From Patellaria atrata CBS 101060 (taxonomy: Eukaryota), in assembly GCA_010093705.1 (NCBI GenBank), contig MU006099.1:806001-870000 (forward strand): DNA of 64,000 nucleotides. Reading direction: 5' to 3'. Below the pieces are notes generated by a model that saw only the letters and a program-made list of their open reading frames with translations, had not been told where the DNA came from and ran no database searches. The first letter of the stretch is position 1; every line of letters starts with the position of its first letter. Positions 11,282 through 25,892 of the stretch are shown here, piece by piece. Position numbers and translations under genes: made by a program.

Positions 11282-14200
11282 TCACCACATATCGTCGTCC
11301 TTTGCGTCGTTACCGCCGTCGTCATCAAATGAAGAGCGCTGGTAGAAGCCATCCTGATGCTTTGCCGCCGGTTGACCAAGATAATTCTGCCCGCTTGAAA
11401 CGCTGTATCCACCGCTGGACTTGCCGCGTCGAGACTGGGCCGACGAATGGGCATATTGTGACGACTGCGAGTCGGACGTATCGTCCTGGTTGGTATCATA
11501 CTCTCCGTGTCCTTCCTGATCAGTAGAGGATTGGACAGTAGAGTGGTGAACGCCATGGGCTGCTTTATCACCAGAACCTGCATCGTCGCGAGCTTGTTGC
11601 TATATTATGTCATTAGCGTACAGTTATAAATGCCATCTTTCCAATCAACTTACCTCCTGATACCTTTGATATTGTGAAAATTCTTCAGGCTGCTGCTGCT
11701 CTTTCTTGCGTTGCTGTGCAAGACGTTCTTGTTGTTTAGGTGTGGCGGATTGCCCAATTTGCACTTGGGGATGCATTTGCTGGACCTTAGCTAGGTACGA
11801 GTACATGAAATTACTCAGCAAGACCTGAGAATAAAGCTCTCTTCTAGGATTGGCAAGTTTGAGGTGTGCCATTCGGTAGATTGCTCGTTCCTCCATGATC
11901 GAAAACCTGGTCCAGTTGTAGTCGATGTCTGGTTTAAGTACACGGGGAGGAGGTTCAGGAGAGAGGCCGCGCTGCGAGCTGCTCTTTTTGCCGCCCGAAT
12001 CTCTATCACTCCTCTTCTTACCGCCAAAAAGGGAAGAGAATAGGCCGGAATCCTTCCCCTTACTTCCGTCACTACCAGTCGCCTTCCTGTTGCTTTCTTT
12101 TTTCCTTTCCTCTTCCAACCTAAAACTCTCGCGATTTATAACGACACTTTCTCGTCCTTTGGAGCCTCCATCAATTGACGACTGCAACACGTCTAGGCGT
12201 GTGTTATCGTGGACTTTTTCGGATGACCTGGAGAGCTTTAGCCTGCCTTTTCTTACAGGCTCTTTCTCTTCTTTTTCTTTCCGTTCCCGTTCTTTTTCTT
12301 TTTCTTTCTCCTTATCCTCGCTACCCAGGAGCCATCCCCAACTCGTCTTCCGACCTGCACTATCAGATGCATCCTTCTTATCTTTTGACCTTCTTTGGGC
12401 TTGCTTGTCTTCCGAAAGGGTTGGAATGAGCGTTAAAGAATCAGTACGAGTGCTATTTCCAGGGAGGGGAGAGGGATGGGTAACTATATCATCGAATGTC
12501 TGGCTGAGAGGGGCCTGATGCTGCAAAGGGGCCGTTAAGGGTTGTCTGTTCTGTGAACGCGGTTGTGCAGCGTCTCGTGTAGGTACTGGATGCTGTACCG
12601 CAGATTGATTTTGATTGTATGAGGACTTTGACGATGTACGTGCAGGGAACTGTTGGTTATAAGTAACAGGGGTTCTTTGGGTTTCAGGAGGAGGTGTTTC
12701 AATGATCTGTGGAATAGGAGGATTATAACCAGGTAAGGGTGCTGTTGTCCGACCGTTGGACGCGATACGAGAATGAAACGCCCTCGGCTGAGGCGATCGC
12801 CTCTCCCCTGATTCTGACGGAGCAGTAATAGAGTCGACAGGTGGTACGGTATACGATTGTTCCACAGTTATTGGAGGTGAGCGTTTTCGCCCTGGCCGAG
12901 AGAAATTCTCTGCCGACTCCCCCCTTGGTGGGATAGGCTCTGTATGTACTCTGGTTAGACCAAGGTGTGGTAGGTCCGGATGCGACGGAGCAATCGGTGA
13001 TGTCGCTGGTGACTCTTCTGTGTCTGTCTCGACCTGACGTCCGGCCATTCGTTTAGAAAAGGGTACTCGTTCTCCTTTGCGTAGACTTCCTCTTCTATAG
13101 TTGGTACGCGTAGATCTCTTCAAAGATTGACCGGCCGGAGCAAGTGGCAGAATGGGCATATCTTCAGTTACTGGAACTTCCATTCCATCCTCAGAAGACC
13201 TCCGTGTCTGATCGATGCTGAGACGCCGAACGATAGAAGAAGGGTCGCTAATGAGAGATTCGAACTCTAAGATACTCGGATCTTTATGGCCTGCTAATGA
13301 CCTTTTCTTCTCAAGTCTCTCAGCACCATCTTTGTACCCATTGGGCCCATCAATCTGTTTGGACAGCATCGACTTCTTCCTCCGCAGTCCACCGCCGGAT
13401 CCTTGTCTGTCAACCCCTTCAGGTGACAATGTATCCTCCCCTCCAGACCTGCGCTTAATTTTCTCCACTTTGTCCTCTATAAAAGTCTTGAACTCCTTCG
13501 GCGCAAGTTCAGGGTGTAGCCTTGCTGGTACCCAGAATAGCCTGGAGGTGTCATTCTCATCGTCGGAGTGGGAAGGCGCTAGTGTGGGAATTGCAAACCC
13601 AGAGCTAAAGGATGGTAAATCAGGATCTGACGCATTGACGTCCATGGACATTCTTCTTATAGCCTGTAGATTGCTCAATTCCTGTGCGACAGCGGCGGGG
13701 CTTGATTCATAGTCAATGTCATTAAGCGGGAACTGCTGGCTAGCCGTTTCTGAGTGAGTCCGGGACAAAGTCGGAGGGGAACGAGAGATGTCTTCGCGTG
13801 GGAAGGAAGGGCTCCGTGAGGAGGGAATCTTTGGGGAGCCATTGGGAGAGTTCGTGGTTCGGTCATTGCTGGTCGATTCGCGTAGCTGTGAACCAGGAGA
13901 CGGCCGATTGTTCAGACTTTGCAAACTAGCAACCTCGAATTTATCCCCCTGAGGCGATGCTACGAAGCTCAAAGGTCGTTGCATACGGTTACTGGTCGGT
14001 TCATAATCTGCATCTCCGTACATATCTCCAATCGCTTCCGTGACATGGTGGTTGTCATCACTGATTGAAATCTGGGGAACATGACCGCGCCTGGCCTGAT
14101 ATTTACGTTCTAACTCGCGCGCTCGCTGTGAACTCTGTAAAACCATGAAGTCGTTAGTAGTAGAAAGTAGAAAGTGGACTGGGGAAGGTGAGGGGGCGTT

Positions 14201-14323
14201 TGGTTGAAATATAACTCCGATTTTGAACCCCGTTTTATTTATGGCTAGTAGAGGCGAAGAATATGAACAGCTGATGTTCAAAGACCCCTAAATGGCTTAA
14301 TAGATTGTCCAACTTACTTGCAT
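11282..14323 (-). CDS. ZDS1: Zds1-family protein (PP2A-Cdc55 regulator)
   Basis: Conserved LFWVPARLHPELAPKEF, LRRKKSMLS and the Zds_C motif RFSIMEERAIYRMAHLKLANPRRELYSQVLLSNFMYSYL. First micro-exon ATGCAA at 14323-14318, intron to 14135, last exon ends DDDMW-stop. Confidence 0.9.
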
Positions 14324-15729
14324 TGCGGAAGACGCTCGAGGAATGGATGTCCTCGTCGCACCGCTGCAACAATGGTGATAGGTTCACAGTCCGAGCCAGG
14401 TTCTCGAGGTGGGAAGAGCTCATCGAGTGAAAACGTACAGGAAGAGTTGAAAGAAGCAGAGAGGTTGCTTCATGCGGCAAAGAGATGCAAGTCGAGCAAT
14501 AATCAAGAGTTCAAAGAGTTGCTGGTGTAAGTCGGGGTTTTGAGTGGGTAGGTAGTCGTATGCTTAGGTACAGTAGAGCAGTTATGCAAGCCCTAGCCGG
14601 GTCTATCTAACCTTCACTCTGTCAAGACAAAGGCATGACACTTTAAATGAAGAATTTTACTTATACTTAACTTCACGTGCCAACGAGTGGAAACTTCAGA
14701 GCTGTGTCTCATTCCATGGCAAGAACACATGTTCGAACTGAAGTCATCCAGAAATTCATTCATGATGAATGGTAAGTTTAATGTTTCTACTACAGTACTA
14801 CTATACTACACTATAAGTCCTCATATTTTTATGGCCCCATTACTAAAATAATGACGAGTAAAACTAAAATTGAATACCAATCTATATATATACTGGTCAT
14901 AGTTCTAGTCTACGATATCTATCTTTATTGTCATCTCCGTAGAGATACATCATAAAGATTGGCACAAGGGTATTCACACCAGCATTATGGCAGTGATATT
15001 CAACTGACACGGTGTGCAGTGCCATTCTGCTAAGCGCCAATTAAGCAGAAGGAAGTGGGTTTATGGAGTGCTTACTTGGATTATGGGCGAAGTTATCCTG
15101 AGAGACCAGTTGTGCGAACATCATAGATAATTTCCAAATCTTCGATGTTTGATAGCCCAACAGGCGAGTGGTTATTTAGTCCTCTGGTCAATTGATACGT
15201 AATTTGTTAGAGACGAGATCCCAGCTATCAAAAAGATCAACAAGATGACGGTCGAGTGACTCTTCACATAGTCACAATGTTACATATAGGACAAGAGGAT
15301 GGTTTTTGGGGTGATCAACATAAGCGCCCTGGTCATGACTGTTGCCCGTCACGCCTCAAGCAATAGCTCTGGGTGTCCGGCCCCAAGACATCACAATAGC
15401 CGCCTTACTAGACTCCAACATACAAGACTCACTTTTAGTCGTTGGAGCCAACTCGAATATCCCTATGATAAGTAAGTATAGCTGCTATGCATTTTACGAC
15501 CATGGCGTCGGTGACTCCGTCGACTTATAGGGAATGAGGTAGAATGCTTTTGTCGAGCGAGCATCAACCCTCGTTGACCCTAACTACTCTAAGTTTCTAA
15601 GTGGAAATGCTCGCTCCTCAAATATGTTTAAAATGTTTGAGATCAGCGCGTTAAGTGGAATCATATCTGCTCATGGTTCACGTGAAAGCATGGACGCTTC
15701 TTAGCGACAACATGCATCCTATGGTTTTT

Positions 15730-17729
15730 TCACGCTGGTCCGCTCAGATTCTTTTTCCAAACGTAGGCAAGAGTGACTGCGGCACAGAGGCTAACGCCTA
15801 TCGCCAGATACATGGTCGTATAGTCAACGGGCTCCTCGTCAGACTTTGGAAACGCGGTTGAAGGGTGAGTAGCACACTCTGCTAGCTAAAACAATCATTA
15901 AGTAGCCATAGCACAGGTTCTGATGTGGAATCGATCACTTACGTGCACAAATAGCTCAGAGATACTGCTCCATGTAGCGCTTACGTGTAATGGAGCTGCC
16001 ATATTCAGAGCATTCGTATACTCATCAGGTTGTTGCTCGCACCGCTGAGTCGTCCTATCCTGATCTGCTTTTAGAGCAATGTATACTGCCGGGATTTGAT
16101 CTAGCTGCGGATACTTCTTTCGCAAGTCGACAATATGAGAGAAACTGTCTGGGTCACTTGAATCGTAAGTGTAACAGAGGAGATCGCATGCGTCAAGTTT
16201 CGCCTGGTTTTCCAAAATTGCTGATTCGAGCTCTCCTAGTTCCTCGAGGATAAGATAAACCTGTTTGCCGCCCTGTAGTTCAACGCTATTAACGGCTGAT
16301 CGCGGTTTTATGGTGGGCGAATATGTAGAGTTGAATGGACGGTTGAGTAGAGCAGAGAGCAGCATGCTCTTTCCGCTTCCTCTGGAGCCGATGACATAGC
16401 ATAAGATTACATTCCGTTCTACCCTTCCAGGCTTGTTACGTCTTTTCCGCGCTTTTGTGACCTTTAGTGCTGCTGTGGTTCCCCCTTTATCCAGGCTCTC
16501 GAAGCCGAGAAATGCAAGATATTCCAAGGTGGTCTTTGGTTCTTCAAAGGTAGTCATACTCCATTGAGCAAGCCACCCTTGGAGCGTGATATGGCCTGCT
16601 TCATTGCGCACAGTACAGGATGGAAAGGATGAATCAAGCCAAGAAGACGGAAGGCCGGGAGTAGGGGCAAATAACGCTGCCAGTTCCGAATCGTTTAATC
16701 CACCATCGTTATCTTTATCGAAAAGAAGGAACAAATCGACGAAAAATCGGTAACCGGCAGGGCTGAGTTCAGCGGATGAAAACTGGGGTACTTCGAACTT
16801 GGGATGCAAAAAACTGTCTTTAAGACTGAGACTATCAGTATATTGGAACTTTCTCAAAATGATCCACACCGTCTCGTGCCGGCCTTTTTCGGCAAAGATT
16901 TTGTTAAGATGGATGAAGCCATTCTCATCTATTCCCCTCTCCGATGCGGACTCTTGGGCCCATTTTTGGATGGACGTTTTGATGTTCGAGAGGTCATCAT
17001 CCGAAAGTGGTTTATCAAAGCACTTCTTCTGAAAGTCATGAATCTCTTTATCATTAAGATAGCCGTCCTGATCTTTGTCACATAAAAAAAAGACGCGCTG
17101 TAGGGCTGCAATTGCTGCAGGTTTTAAGGTAGCTTCCTTGGAATCATAAAGGGGCGCTATCGGATGGGTCACGGCCTTTTGACAGAGGAAGAATGCTTCA
17201 TTGATGTTGTGATGCTCTTTGGCACTTGTGCGAATACACGAATCAATCTCTTTGAATTCGTTCATGACTGGCAACATCTCGTCTGCCACCACTTGAGCGG
17301 TTGAACCATTATTCCGTAGATCTGACTTATTTGCGCATAGAACAACGGGTATGTTTACTCCAAGGGACCTGAAGTATGGCATCCAGAACAAGGCCACCCT
17401 CTCATAGCTATAATGATCGGAATATACCAGGAGAATGACATTAGCTTTACGAAGCTCTTTTCGCAAGTTGTTCCGTTCCAGGGGTAAGGCAGAGGTATCT
17501 ATGATAGTTGTTGTGACATTGTCTGGGGTACCAAGCGTTGGCGGGAGCGTTATAGGCGGAAGGACGGGTTGGATTTTATTGTTGATGAAGGTGTCCTTTA
17601 CCAATCCTGTGATGATCGAGGACTTTCCAACTTCGATATCACCACATACACAAATTCGAACTAAAGCCAATGCACGTCAGTCGATCTATCCAATAGCGAA
17701 GGGGAATTCAAAGGGATACCTGTAGCCAT
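15730..17729 (-). CDS. GEM1: Mitochondrial Rho GTPase Gem1/Miro
   Basis: Two GTPase domains (GDIEVGKSS and GSRGSGKS), two EF-hands (DKDQDGYLN and DKDNDGGLN) and a C-terminal tail anchor in the last exon ([20 protein letters not shown]). Confidence 0.95.
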
Positions 17730-18634
17730 CGTAAACTCCTCTTATTCGCATCATGCACACGGAGCAAAAGAGGCTCTCAAAGAGGTAGATAGAGAAGATG
17801 CAGGGAAGAATTACTTGCAGTAGGTAGGTGTAGAGATATTTATTGCACTTGCTGAGGTGTACTCTGTATCCTTACAGTAAATTATGGCGACCGCCCGTGG
17901 AGGAAGTTTGGGTGGGTAATAATACTGTGATGGACGGGGACCGGTTTACCGCAGCTTGCGCCGACAACTGGTGGGGAAGTACTGAGGCGTACTGTACCGG
18001 AATACAACCTTAATAAGTCGTTCTATACATACTCGTCGAGTAGTTCCAGGTTGATTGAGCCGCGAGCCTGGTAAAGGAGAAGTGAAGCTGTCAACAGACC
18101 GGTCGGCTGGTTGATTGTGCGTATACCCCTTGAAATTTGAAATCGTAGGATACTGTATGGGCGCATAGTGGGCAGTGTCATCATTTGGTTTTTGAACAAC
18201 CTCGCCGGTCCACCTCAGTGCCTTGAGGTTTCCAGGAAGACTTTTTATGAAGAGATAAAGCAAACACGGGAATTCTCAAATTTATTTTTTCAGAATTCCT
18301 GACCCTGCATGCCGTACAGTACAGTAGTCGATAGTTCTACCTCATTTTAGTCCCGGCCGCTCTTCGCCGTATGAATCGTGGGATGGGCCACATGTTGGTC
18401 AATACTGAAGCCGCCAGAGCATTATTTGAATAACTACCCCAACTTCCCCAAGTTTCAATTGCGGCAAACCGTCTCCCTACCCCACAATCTCAAATCTCTC
18501 TTAGATCTTACGCTGGCACTCTTTCAAGTTGCTGTTCGGAAGTAGTCACCTCGAACTCCTCCTTCTCTGGCGCTCGGATTACCGTCTGAGGTTGCTCTAT
18601 CATAATAGCGGTTGGCGGTTGTGACAGATGCGCG

Positions 18635-21045
18635 ATGTTGTAAGTGCTGCAGCCAGCGGCGGTCCCGTCTTGTCAGTCCTGATATGGAAAACCGCTGACT
18701 TTGCGCTGATAACGCGCGCAACAGTGTCCTTCCTCCACCACCGAGATATCCTTCCGGCGCATATCAAGGCGGCGCTCCCGGTACAGGTCTGATCGAGACC
18801 AACAATGTGCTATCGCACCCAACCGGCCCGGAACAACAGCTTGTTGTAGGCGAAGGTATATTTTTGCATATGCATCTGAGTATCCTCCTTATGACGTGCC
18901 ATGGTAGGGACGTATATCCTTCGAGATAGTTTGCAGCTTGCGACTCCACCACCCCATCCGTCCGAAGCTCCCATTCATAATCCAAATCCGTTAGCTACCA
19001 CCTTATCACCTCCTTCAGCCGGCACAAAGCTCTCTCTTACGGTTATTTCGCCGCGACACACCTCCTTGAAGCGATTGTATCATCTTGACTCGGCCAATGG
19101 TACAAGATCGGCGATACCTCCAAGCATACAAGAAAGCTCGAACGAGACGCAGAGCCTTGGTAGTGACAGCTCCCAGCACAGAGCAAATGGCACCAATGGA
19201 TTCGACCATACCGACGAGCGGACACCTGTCTTTGGCGAAGGGAATCCTTCACTCGCTCTCGCAAATGCTAAAGATAGTAAAGATGCACAAAAAAAGAGAA
19301 AGCCTAAAGGAAACATTATCAAGAGCAATTCGTCCTTCGTCTCCCGAGTCATCCCTCATGAGGCTCTTCCAAAAAGATTGCAAGAACGCAATCTAGAGGG
19401 ATTATTTGCTTTTGCCAACATCAATAGAGCTGTTCAATGGCTTGATCTGTCCTCGTCAATCAAGGTAGACCATGCTGATACCAAGCGATAGTGCCAGTTC
19501 ACTCATATATATCATAGGAGGAAAATTTGACGAAGATTTTGTTCACAAAAGCACACGCGTTATGTCATGATGTCAATCCGATCACCAAGAGCTCTAATCA
19601 CATGGATGTAGTCTTGGGATTTTCAACGGGCGATATTATTTGGTATGAACCCATGTCCCAAAAATATGCTCGCCTGAATAAGAATGTAAGGAGAATTGCA
19701 TAACGTTTTGCCAGCAAGTGACTAATAGTGTGCAGAGCGCAATAAATGGATCCGCGGTAGCAGAAGTTATTTGGTTACCGAATTCTGAAAACCTGTTCAT
19801 AGCAGCGCACATGGACGGAGCTATAGTCGTATACGATAAGGAGAAAGAAGATGCGCCTTTTGCAGCCGAGGATACATCCAGCGAGGAACTCAATAGCACG
19901 GAGCGGAGATCGAAGCTGCAGATTCGAAAATCGGTACAGTCAAGAAACCAGAAAACCAATCCGATCGCATACTGGAATGTATCTAATTCCAAGATAAACG
20001 GACTATCACTTTCCCCGGATGGTAGACATCTAGCGGTCGTTTCCGAAGACGGCTCATTACGCATCATTGATTATCATACAGAAAAGTGAGTGAGGTTGTC
20101 CTTGGGACTTGAAATTCGGGCTAATGTTTTGCAGGATAAGGGATCTCTACACAAGTTATTATGGGGGCATGATGTGCGTGTGCTGGTCGCCAGACGGTAG
20201 ATATATGGCGACAGGCGGACAGGATGACCTAGTATCAATATGGTCGCTGGAGGATAGTATGCTCGTGGCACGTTGTCAAGGGCACAATTCCTGGGTAACT
20301 GCAGTTGCATTCGATCCATGGCGGTGTGACGAAAGAAATTATCGGTTAGGTAGTGTTGGTGAGGATTGCAGGTTATTACTTTGGGATTTCAGTGTCGGCA
20401 TGCTGCATCGGCCCAAACCAGTATGAATATGATCGACTTTCCAGTCCACATTTGGACGAAATCGAGAGCTGACGGGTTCTTGTAGGCTTCAGTACGACAA
20501 CGTGGCAGTATATCCTCTCACCTCCCGATACCTCGGAACAGAGCGGAAAGCTCAACGTCGCGACTACGGTCAAACTCCAACCTCTCGGCGACGACTGTAG
20601 AGAAGGAGGAAATTATTCACGCAGTGGAGCCTCGGGCACGCACGGCGATGCTACCACCTGTGCTGGTAAGTTTTCAACAAATTTTTCTTTTCTTTTTTAA
20701 CATTAGTCTCTTCTGGCTCCCAAGCAGGCAACAAGTGTGTTAACTTATTTGACTCAGGCGAAAACGGTGGATGAACATCCGTTGTCATGGCTAGGCTTCG
20801 AGGAGGACTGTGTGATCACTTCCTGCAAAGAAGGTAGGTTATTCTCTCTTCTTTATAGGTATTCCCGACTTCTGGGAACATTTCGAAACCCCCTACACGC
20901 TTCTAATCTGTGACTTTCCGGATGCCGCATTTTTCGGTGCTGACACCATTTCTCCATGACAGGCCACATCAAGACTTGGGACCGGCCGAAAGAGGTAACT
21001 ACAAGCAACGACGACCTCCCCTCCACATCAGGGAGTAATAGATGA
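18635..21045 (+). CDS. creC: WD40 catabolite-repression protein CreC (WDR20-like partner of the CreB deubiquitinase)
   Basis: Spliced start [11 protein letters not shown] (intron 18640-18724). Motifs [72 protein letters not shown] and GHIKTWDRP. Multiple introns. Confidence 0.92.
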
Positions 21046-22856
21046 GTTGCGTTTTAAACTAGGGAAGAAAATATGTTCGGTGTTTACTTTGCGCCATTAT
21101 TTCTGATATGCGGACATGTACAGGACTGGTAAAAAAAAAAAAACTGGGGATTTAGGGTATTCTAAGTTACTGTACGTTGGTTATGTCCGTAATAGACTTT
21201 GTACGACGGGTTCATGCATGTCACACGGATGATGCCGGGGGTGTATAAATAGTTGCTCTGACTCGATTTTCACGGGTAGTATTGTGAATAGATCATAATT
21301 CAACCGAACATATTCCAAAGTGCCTTAGGACTCTAAGGTGCCCTACTCGGATTACTGTAAGGTATAAACTTATGGATGACTGTGGTTGAGGCTCGGAAAT
21401 CCGTAAGGTTATGATGGAACCCTGGAAGAGCAGAAGCAAACGTCCCGATTCGCTGGTTTAACAATTATAAGAACCTTACGGAAGGTAAGCCTGTCACTTC
21501 CGCAACCAATGACTTGGATAGTTACGAGGCCGCATGTGAAGATGCAGGAGGATTATTGTTGGGTGTGGAAGAGTCTTAAGATACCTTATTACAAAGAAAG
21601 GTAAGGTACAGCAACTCGATCTTTTACCGTTGTTAGCGTTCCCGTCTGATCACGTCTTCGTTTCGGAATTCAACCAATCCAATGTCAAGAAAGAGAACGT
21701 TCTGGATGAATAATTTGCTGTATTTTTGCGCTGAACCGTGCCTCTAGGATGCGCTAACGACCGTAGAAAATCGGGTGCTGTAGGTGCGTAATGAAATCCT
21801 CTCGTTCCTTGAATTCATATAACATGGAATAGCATGCATGGATGTATATATCTAGCTTTCTCAACCGTTCCCGTGAACGCTGTAACCCAACGATGAGTGG
21901 CTGCAAAACCATCTCAGCAGATTTGGTAGCAATATGGACAAGAACTTGGATGGATCAATAATCGGCTTGTACGGTATTACTGTGTAGAACGCACTCGTAA
22001 GGTAGAGCGCCTTACCTTATAAGGGTAAAGGGTTCCATCCATACGTCAGTTCTAGTCACACCGGACTGTATGACTACCGTACATACTATACAGTACCCAC
22101 CGGTTTTATTCAAATGTTACCGGATATCTGACGCGATCAGGTTAACGTCATCTATAATTATATGCGCTGGGCGGTTGTCGCTTTGTCGGGTGTAACAATA
22201 GGTAGAGCCCCATATTAAATCAACACTACCCTTTTATCCCTTATCTCAAAACAAGCTGAAAGGAAACAAAAAGAAGTTTTCCTGACCCCATCGCAATAGA
22301 TGAGTGAAGGTGCGTATAAAGATCTAAGAATGTCTTTCAACGCCGTTCTCATCGACTATACCCTCACTGCTTTTTCCTAAAGCTACACATCCCACGCGCA
22401 CGAGCTGTGCTCATCCCTCGTCACCTCCGTCCCAGTCAGCGGAATTACCGTACTCATCGTACTCATCACCTCTATAATAAATATACTATACCGGACCCTG
22501 TCGACCCTGCATGCATTTGTCCTCTTCAGCTCTCATATCTGTACAGCGTTAGTTTCGAATCCTAACGGCCTTTCTATTTCTGGCCTGGATTGCGAATACC
22601 AATTACAGATTGTCAGAAAAGCAAATCCCCAGGGCAGCTACAGTACAAACTCGCATTTGACACATAGCCACACCTAACCTTACGACTTACCCTTCCCGCT
22701 GTCTCCGCTCCCTTGGGTGCCAGTGGTACCTCCCTTGTCCTTCAGATTTCGTAGCCTTGTGGTCAATATATAGCTTCGACAATCCCTGCCCCACTCGTCT
22801 TACAATCTAGAACTTCTTTTTTACTTTTCGTGCATCTCTGCACATGAATATTCATC

Positions 22857-24845
22857 ATGGTTTTTGGCAGTGGCCAGTCCCATAAGCCGCAAGTAGAGAT
22901 ACTGTACGTCTGTTCCTGCTCCATCGCCATCGGTAGAACCATCCAGCGTTGCTTGTCATTCTGATCTTCTCTTGTAGTCCGGACTCTAAATACGTGACAT
23001 TCTATGGAACGGATGCGGAAGCTGCCGGCCTCGATGTCACCGGGAGACTCATCCTCACAAATTCTGATCATGTAGACATCAAGAGCATAAAGTTGGTTCT
23101 CAATGGCGTTCGGAAGGTTTCGTATGTGTTGGGATCCATTGTTGCCCATGGGGAAACTGACGAACTATCACCCAGATTTCTGGCCAAAATGGCGAATCCT
23201 CAGCAAGTTACCACTAGAGAAGTAATAATGAATGAGAGTTCTGTATTATACCCTATAGAAGGACAAAAGAAAAAGGCACATAGATTCGGCCCGGGCCGCC
23301 ATGAGTGGAACTGGGCCTTCAAGATGCCGGCAAACGCACCACAGAGCGTCGCTGGGTTAGGATCTTCATACGTGAGATATACTTTGACCGCATCTGTACA
23401 GACAGGCATGATGGACAAGAACATCGAAAAGGAAAAATTACTATACGTTATGAAAGCACCGCCCAGAGACACCGTAGATACGGAACCTTCCGAACAAGTA
23501 GGGATTCTACAGTGCTTATATGTGCAAATATGTTCAGAGAATGCAGGACTAATCCGAAATACTAGGTGAACGAAGACATTTGGACAAATAAAATCAGCTA
23601 TAGGATAACCGTTCCCCGAATAAAATTCATATACGGGACGTGGGTAAACGTGGACTTCGTTTTAACCCCTCTCAAGAAGGGTCTATCAATTGGTAAAATT
23701 ACCATGGAAGTCCATGAGAAGATTACACTTGCTACTGAGAAGTGGGGTCGGACGTGTACAAATACCGACACCATCACTGTGACGAGAAAAGAACTTGATA
23801 TGCCAGAAGACGCAGAGCATCTTGGGTCGTCTGACGACCCCGACAACTTATATGACGAGTCATACCGTTTCAAGTGTACCCTAGAACTGCCGAAAGATCT
23901 CAAGCTCTGCCGGCCTACGGTAGAAACCGACGCTATCAAGATTGAGCACAAGCTGAGGTTGCATGTTAACCTTTTAAACCCCGAGGGACACACTAGCCAG
24001 GTATGTTCACAGTCCGATAAGTTCGTATACTTCATCTAATTCGATTTCAGCTACTCGTCAAAAATATGCTCAAACTATACCATTCCCCACACATGCCCAT
24101 GGGGGACGATCTTTGCGTTTCCATGGCGCAACTTTCACTGACAGAAGAATCAGTACATTCAGATTTGGCGGCAATAGCTCCTCCCCCGCACTATGGGGAG
24201 CACACTTTAGACATGGTTGTCGATGGGGACGACCCGAATATCATTACCCCAGCTTTGAGACATAGCCCTCATGGGAGTCATGTTGCCACGCCTATCCACG
24301 GCAGTAGACGACCGTCTGTGGAAGATATCTCCTTGGGTGCAATAGCAGCAGAAGACGCTCGCGATGGCGCTTCTGCCACACAGCTTCACTCCCGTCTGAG
24401 TGGACTACAAGATCATGGGTCAAGCCGATGGGCGAGAGCCCAGGTTATTGATTCCCTTCAGTCATCCGGACAGAACACGCCGCATAACGGGTTGGACGAT
24501 AGTCGTCGCTCCACAACTCCGAATGAAAATGGTTCTGCCAGCCGACATTCAAGACAAGCATCAGGGCAGGCGTATTTCTGGCCCCATGATGATGTTGTCC
24601 AGGCTCAATACGATATAGAGGCCTTGTCAAGAATCCCTAGCTACAACACGGCGGCCAGAACACCGATTCGCACTCCTGCACTAGAAGGTCTACCAACGTA
24701 CGAAGCGGCGACAAGCAGACCGTCCAGTCCCTCCCCGCACGCGCGACAATCCCACGGTGGGACTGGCCTGAGATCCTTGCCGGAAGGAGTATCACTTGAC
24801 GACAACCAGTCGATGACAACGTCTTCGACAGATGAGCGAAGGTGA
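22857..24845 (+). CDS. creD: Alpha-arrestin (CreD/Rod1-like HECT ligase adaptor) with PY motifs
   Basis: Arrestin_N (GRLILT..., GRHEWNWAFKMP, PQSVAG) and Arrestin_C (NEDIWTNKISY, IKIEHKL, NPEGHTSQ). PY-type motifs PPPHY, IPSY and LPTY. Four introns. Adjacent to creC; creD orthology versus a paralogue is not proven. Confidence 0.8.
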
Positions 24846-25892
24846 TTATAACCTTTATTTAAGCGGAAAATACTTTCTTTTCCTGAGAGAGGTAACTTTG
24901 CTCGCACCACGAGCAGGCTACCTTTCCATTTTCCTTTTCATTGCTCCCTTTTCAACGCAAGATACCATAGACGGATAGAAAAGGTTATTCACGTATTTGA
25001 CTTTACTAATTCAGCATGGTGGTGCGGTACAGGTCTTTGTTCTCTCCCAAATTCTCCACTCACTGGTTAACCCGCATTCCGCGGATACTTGTTCAAGAGT
25101 TTTCGTAATAATAGATTGGCTTGAACGATGACCGGCTTAGCGGGGTTTTGGGAACTGATTAAAGGCGTTCGGTCGGGATTCTGTAAACAAAATCGGAGGA
25201 GCAAGCGATCAATGTTGGTGCAAGGGGGTCTTTTGTCTTCATTATATACGGTCTTTTGTGTATGAACACCATCAAGATTGCGCTTATAGAGAGGGTAATG
25301 GTTGCCCTACATGGTGGATAGAGAAAAAAGGAGAGGAATATTCAATTATAATGTACAGAAATAGGATCATTTACTAAATGAAAACTCCTTTTTAGTAGTA
25401 CATGGTTATAATGATATCCCCAACAGAACAATAAGTTACTGCGCTGTTGCCGAGTTGAACTTCTCTTTTGTCACGGGTTATATTTCCCACACATTTTACG
25501 ACTGCTGCTATACAGGACGCATAGTTAAATGTCTTGAACGCTTTTTCTCAAGAGCGTATAATAATAATACTCGTTAAGGATACACGTAGGATATAAAAGT
25601 AACAGTAGGATAGAACCGTAGATCTCCCGTAGAACTCACCTTAGTTCTACCCCTCGCTTGGATCATGTCAGTGACGTCTGTATTTTCTTGTAAGAACTAC
25701 ATCCTTCCCCTCCCTCAGACCTCGAGCACAACACGTCATTATAAAGCTGGATTTGCCCTCCTCAATCCCCCCCCAAAGCTCTAAGTTACTAAATCTGGGA
25801 TAGTATAAGATAGTTACACCTCCTGCTATAGTAAAGTTGGACCCTTAAGAGGCTTACCCCATCATTCGCTCCACCAAGAAACATTCCTCAAT

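Noticed and set aside
11925..13712. Long plus-strand ORFs of 197 and 165 aa
   Set aside because: They are antisense shadows of the ZDS1 coding sequence.
20834..20962. Internal TTTATAG/GTATTC inside the last creC intron, suggesting a nested intron
   Set aside because: No branch site precedes the internal AG and the first segment is too short to be an intron.
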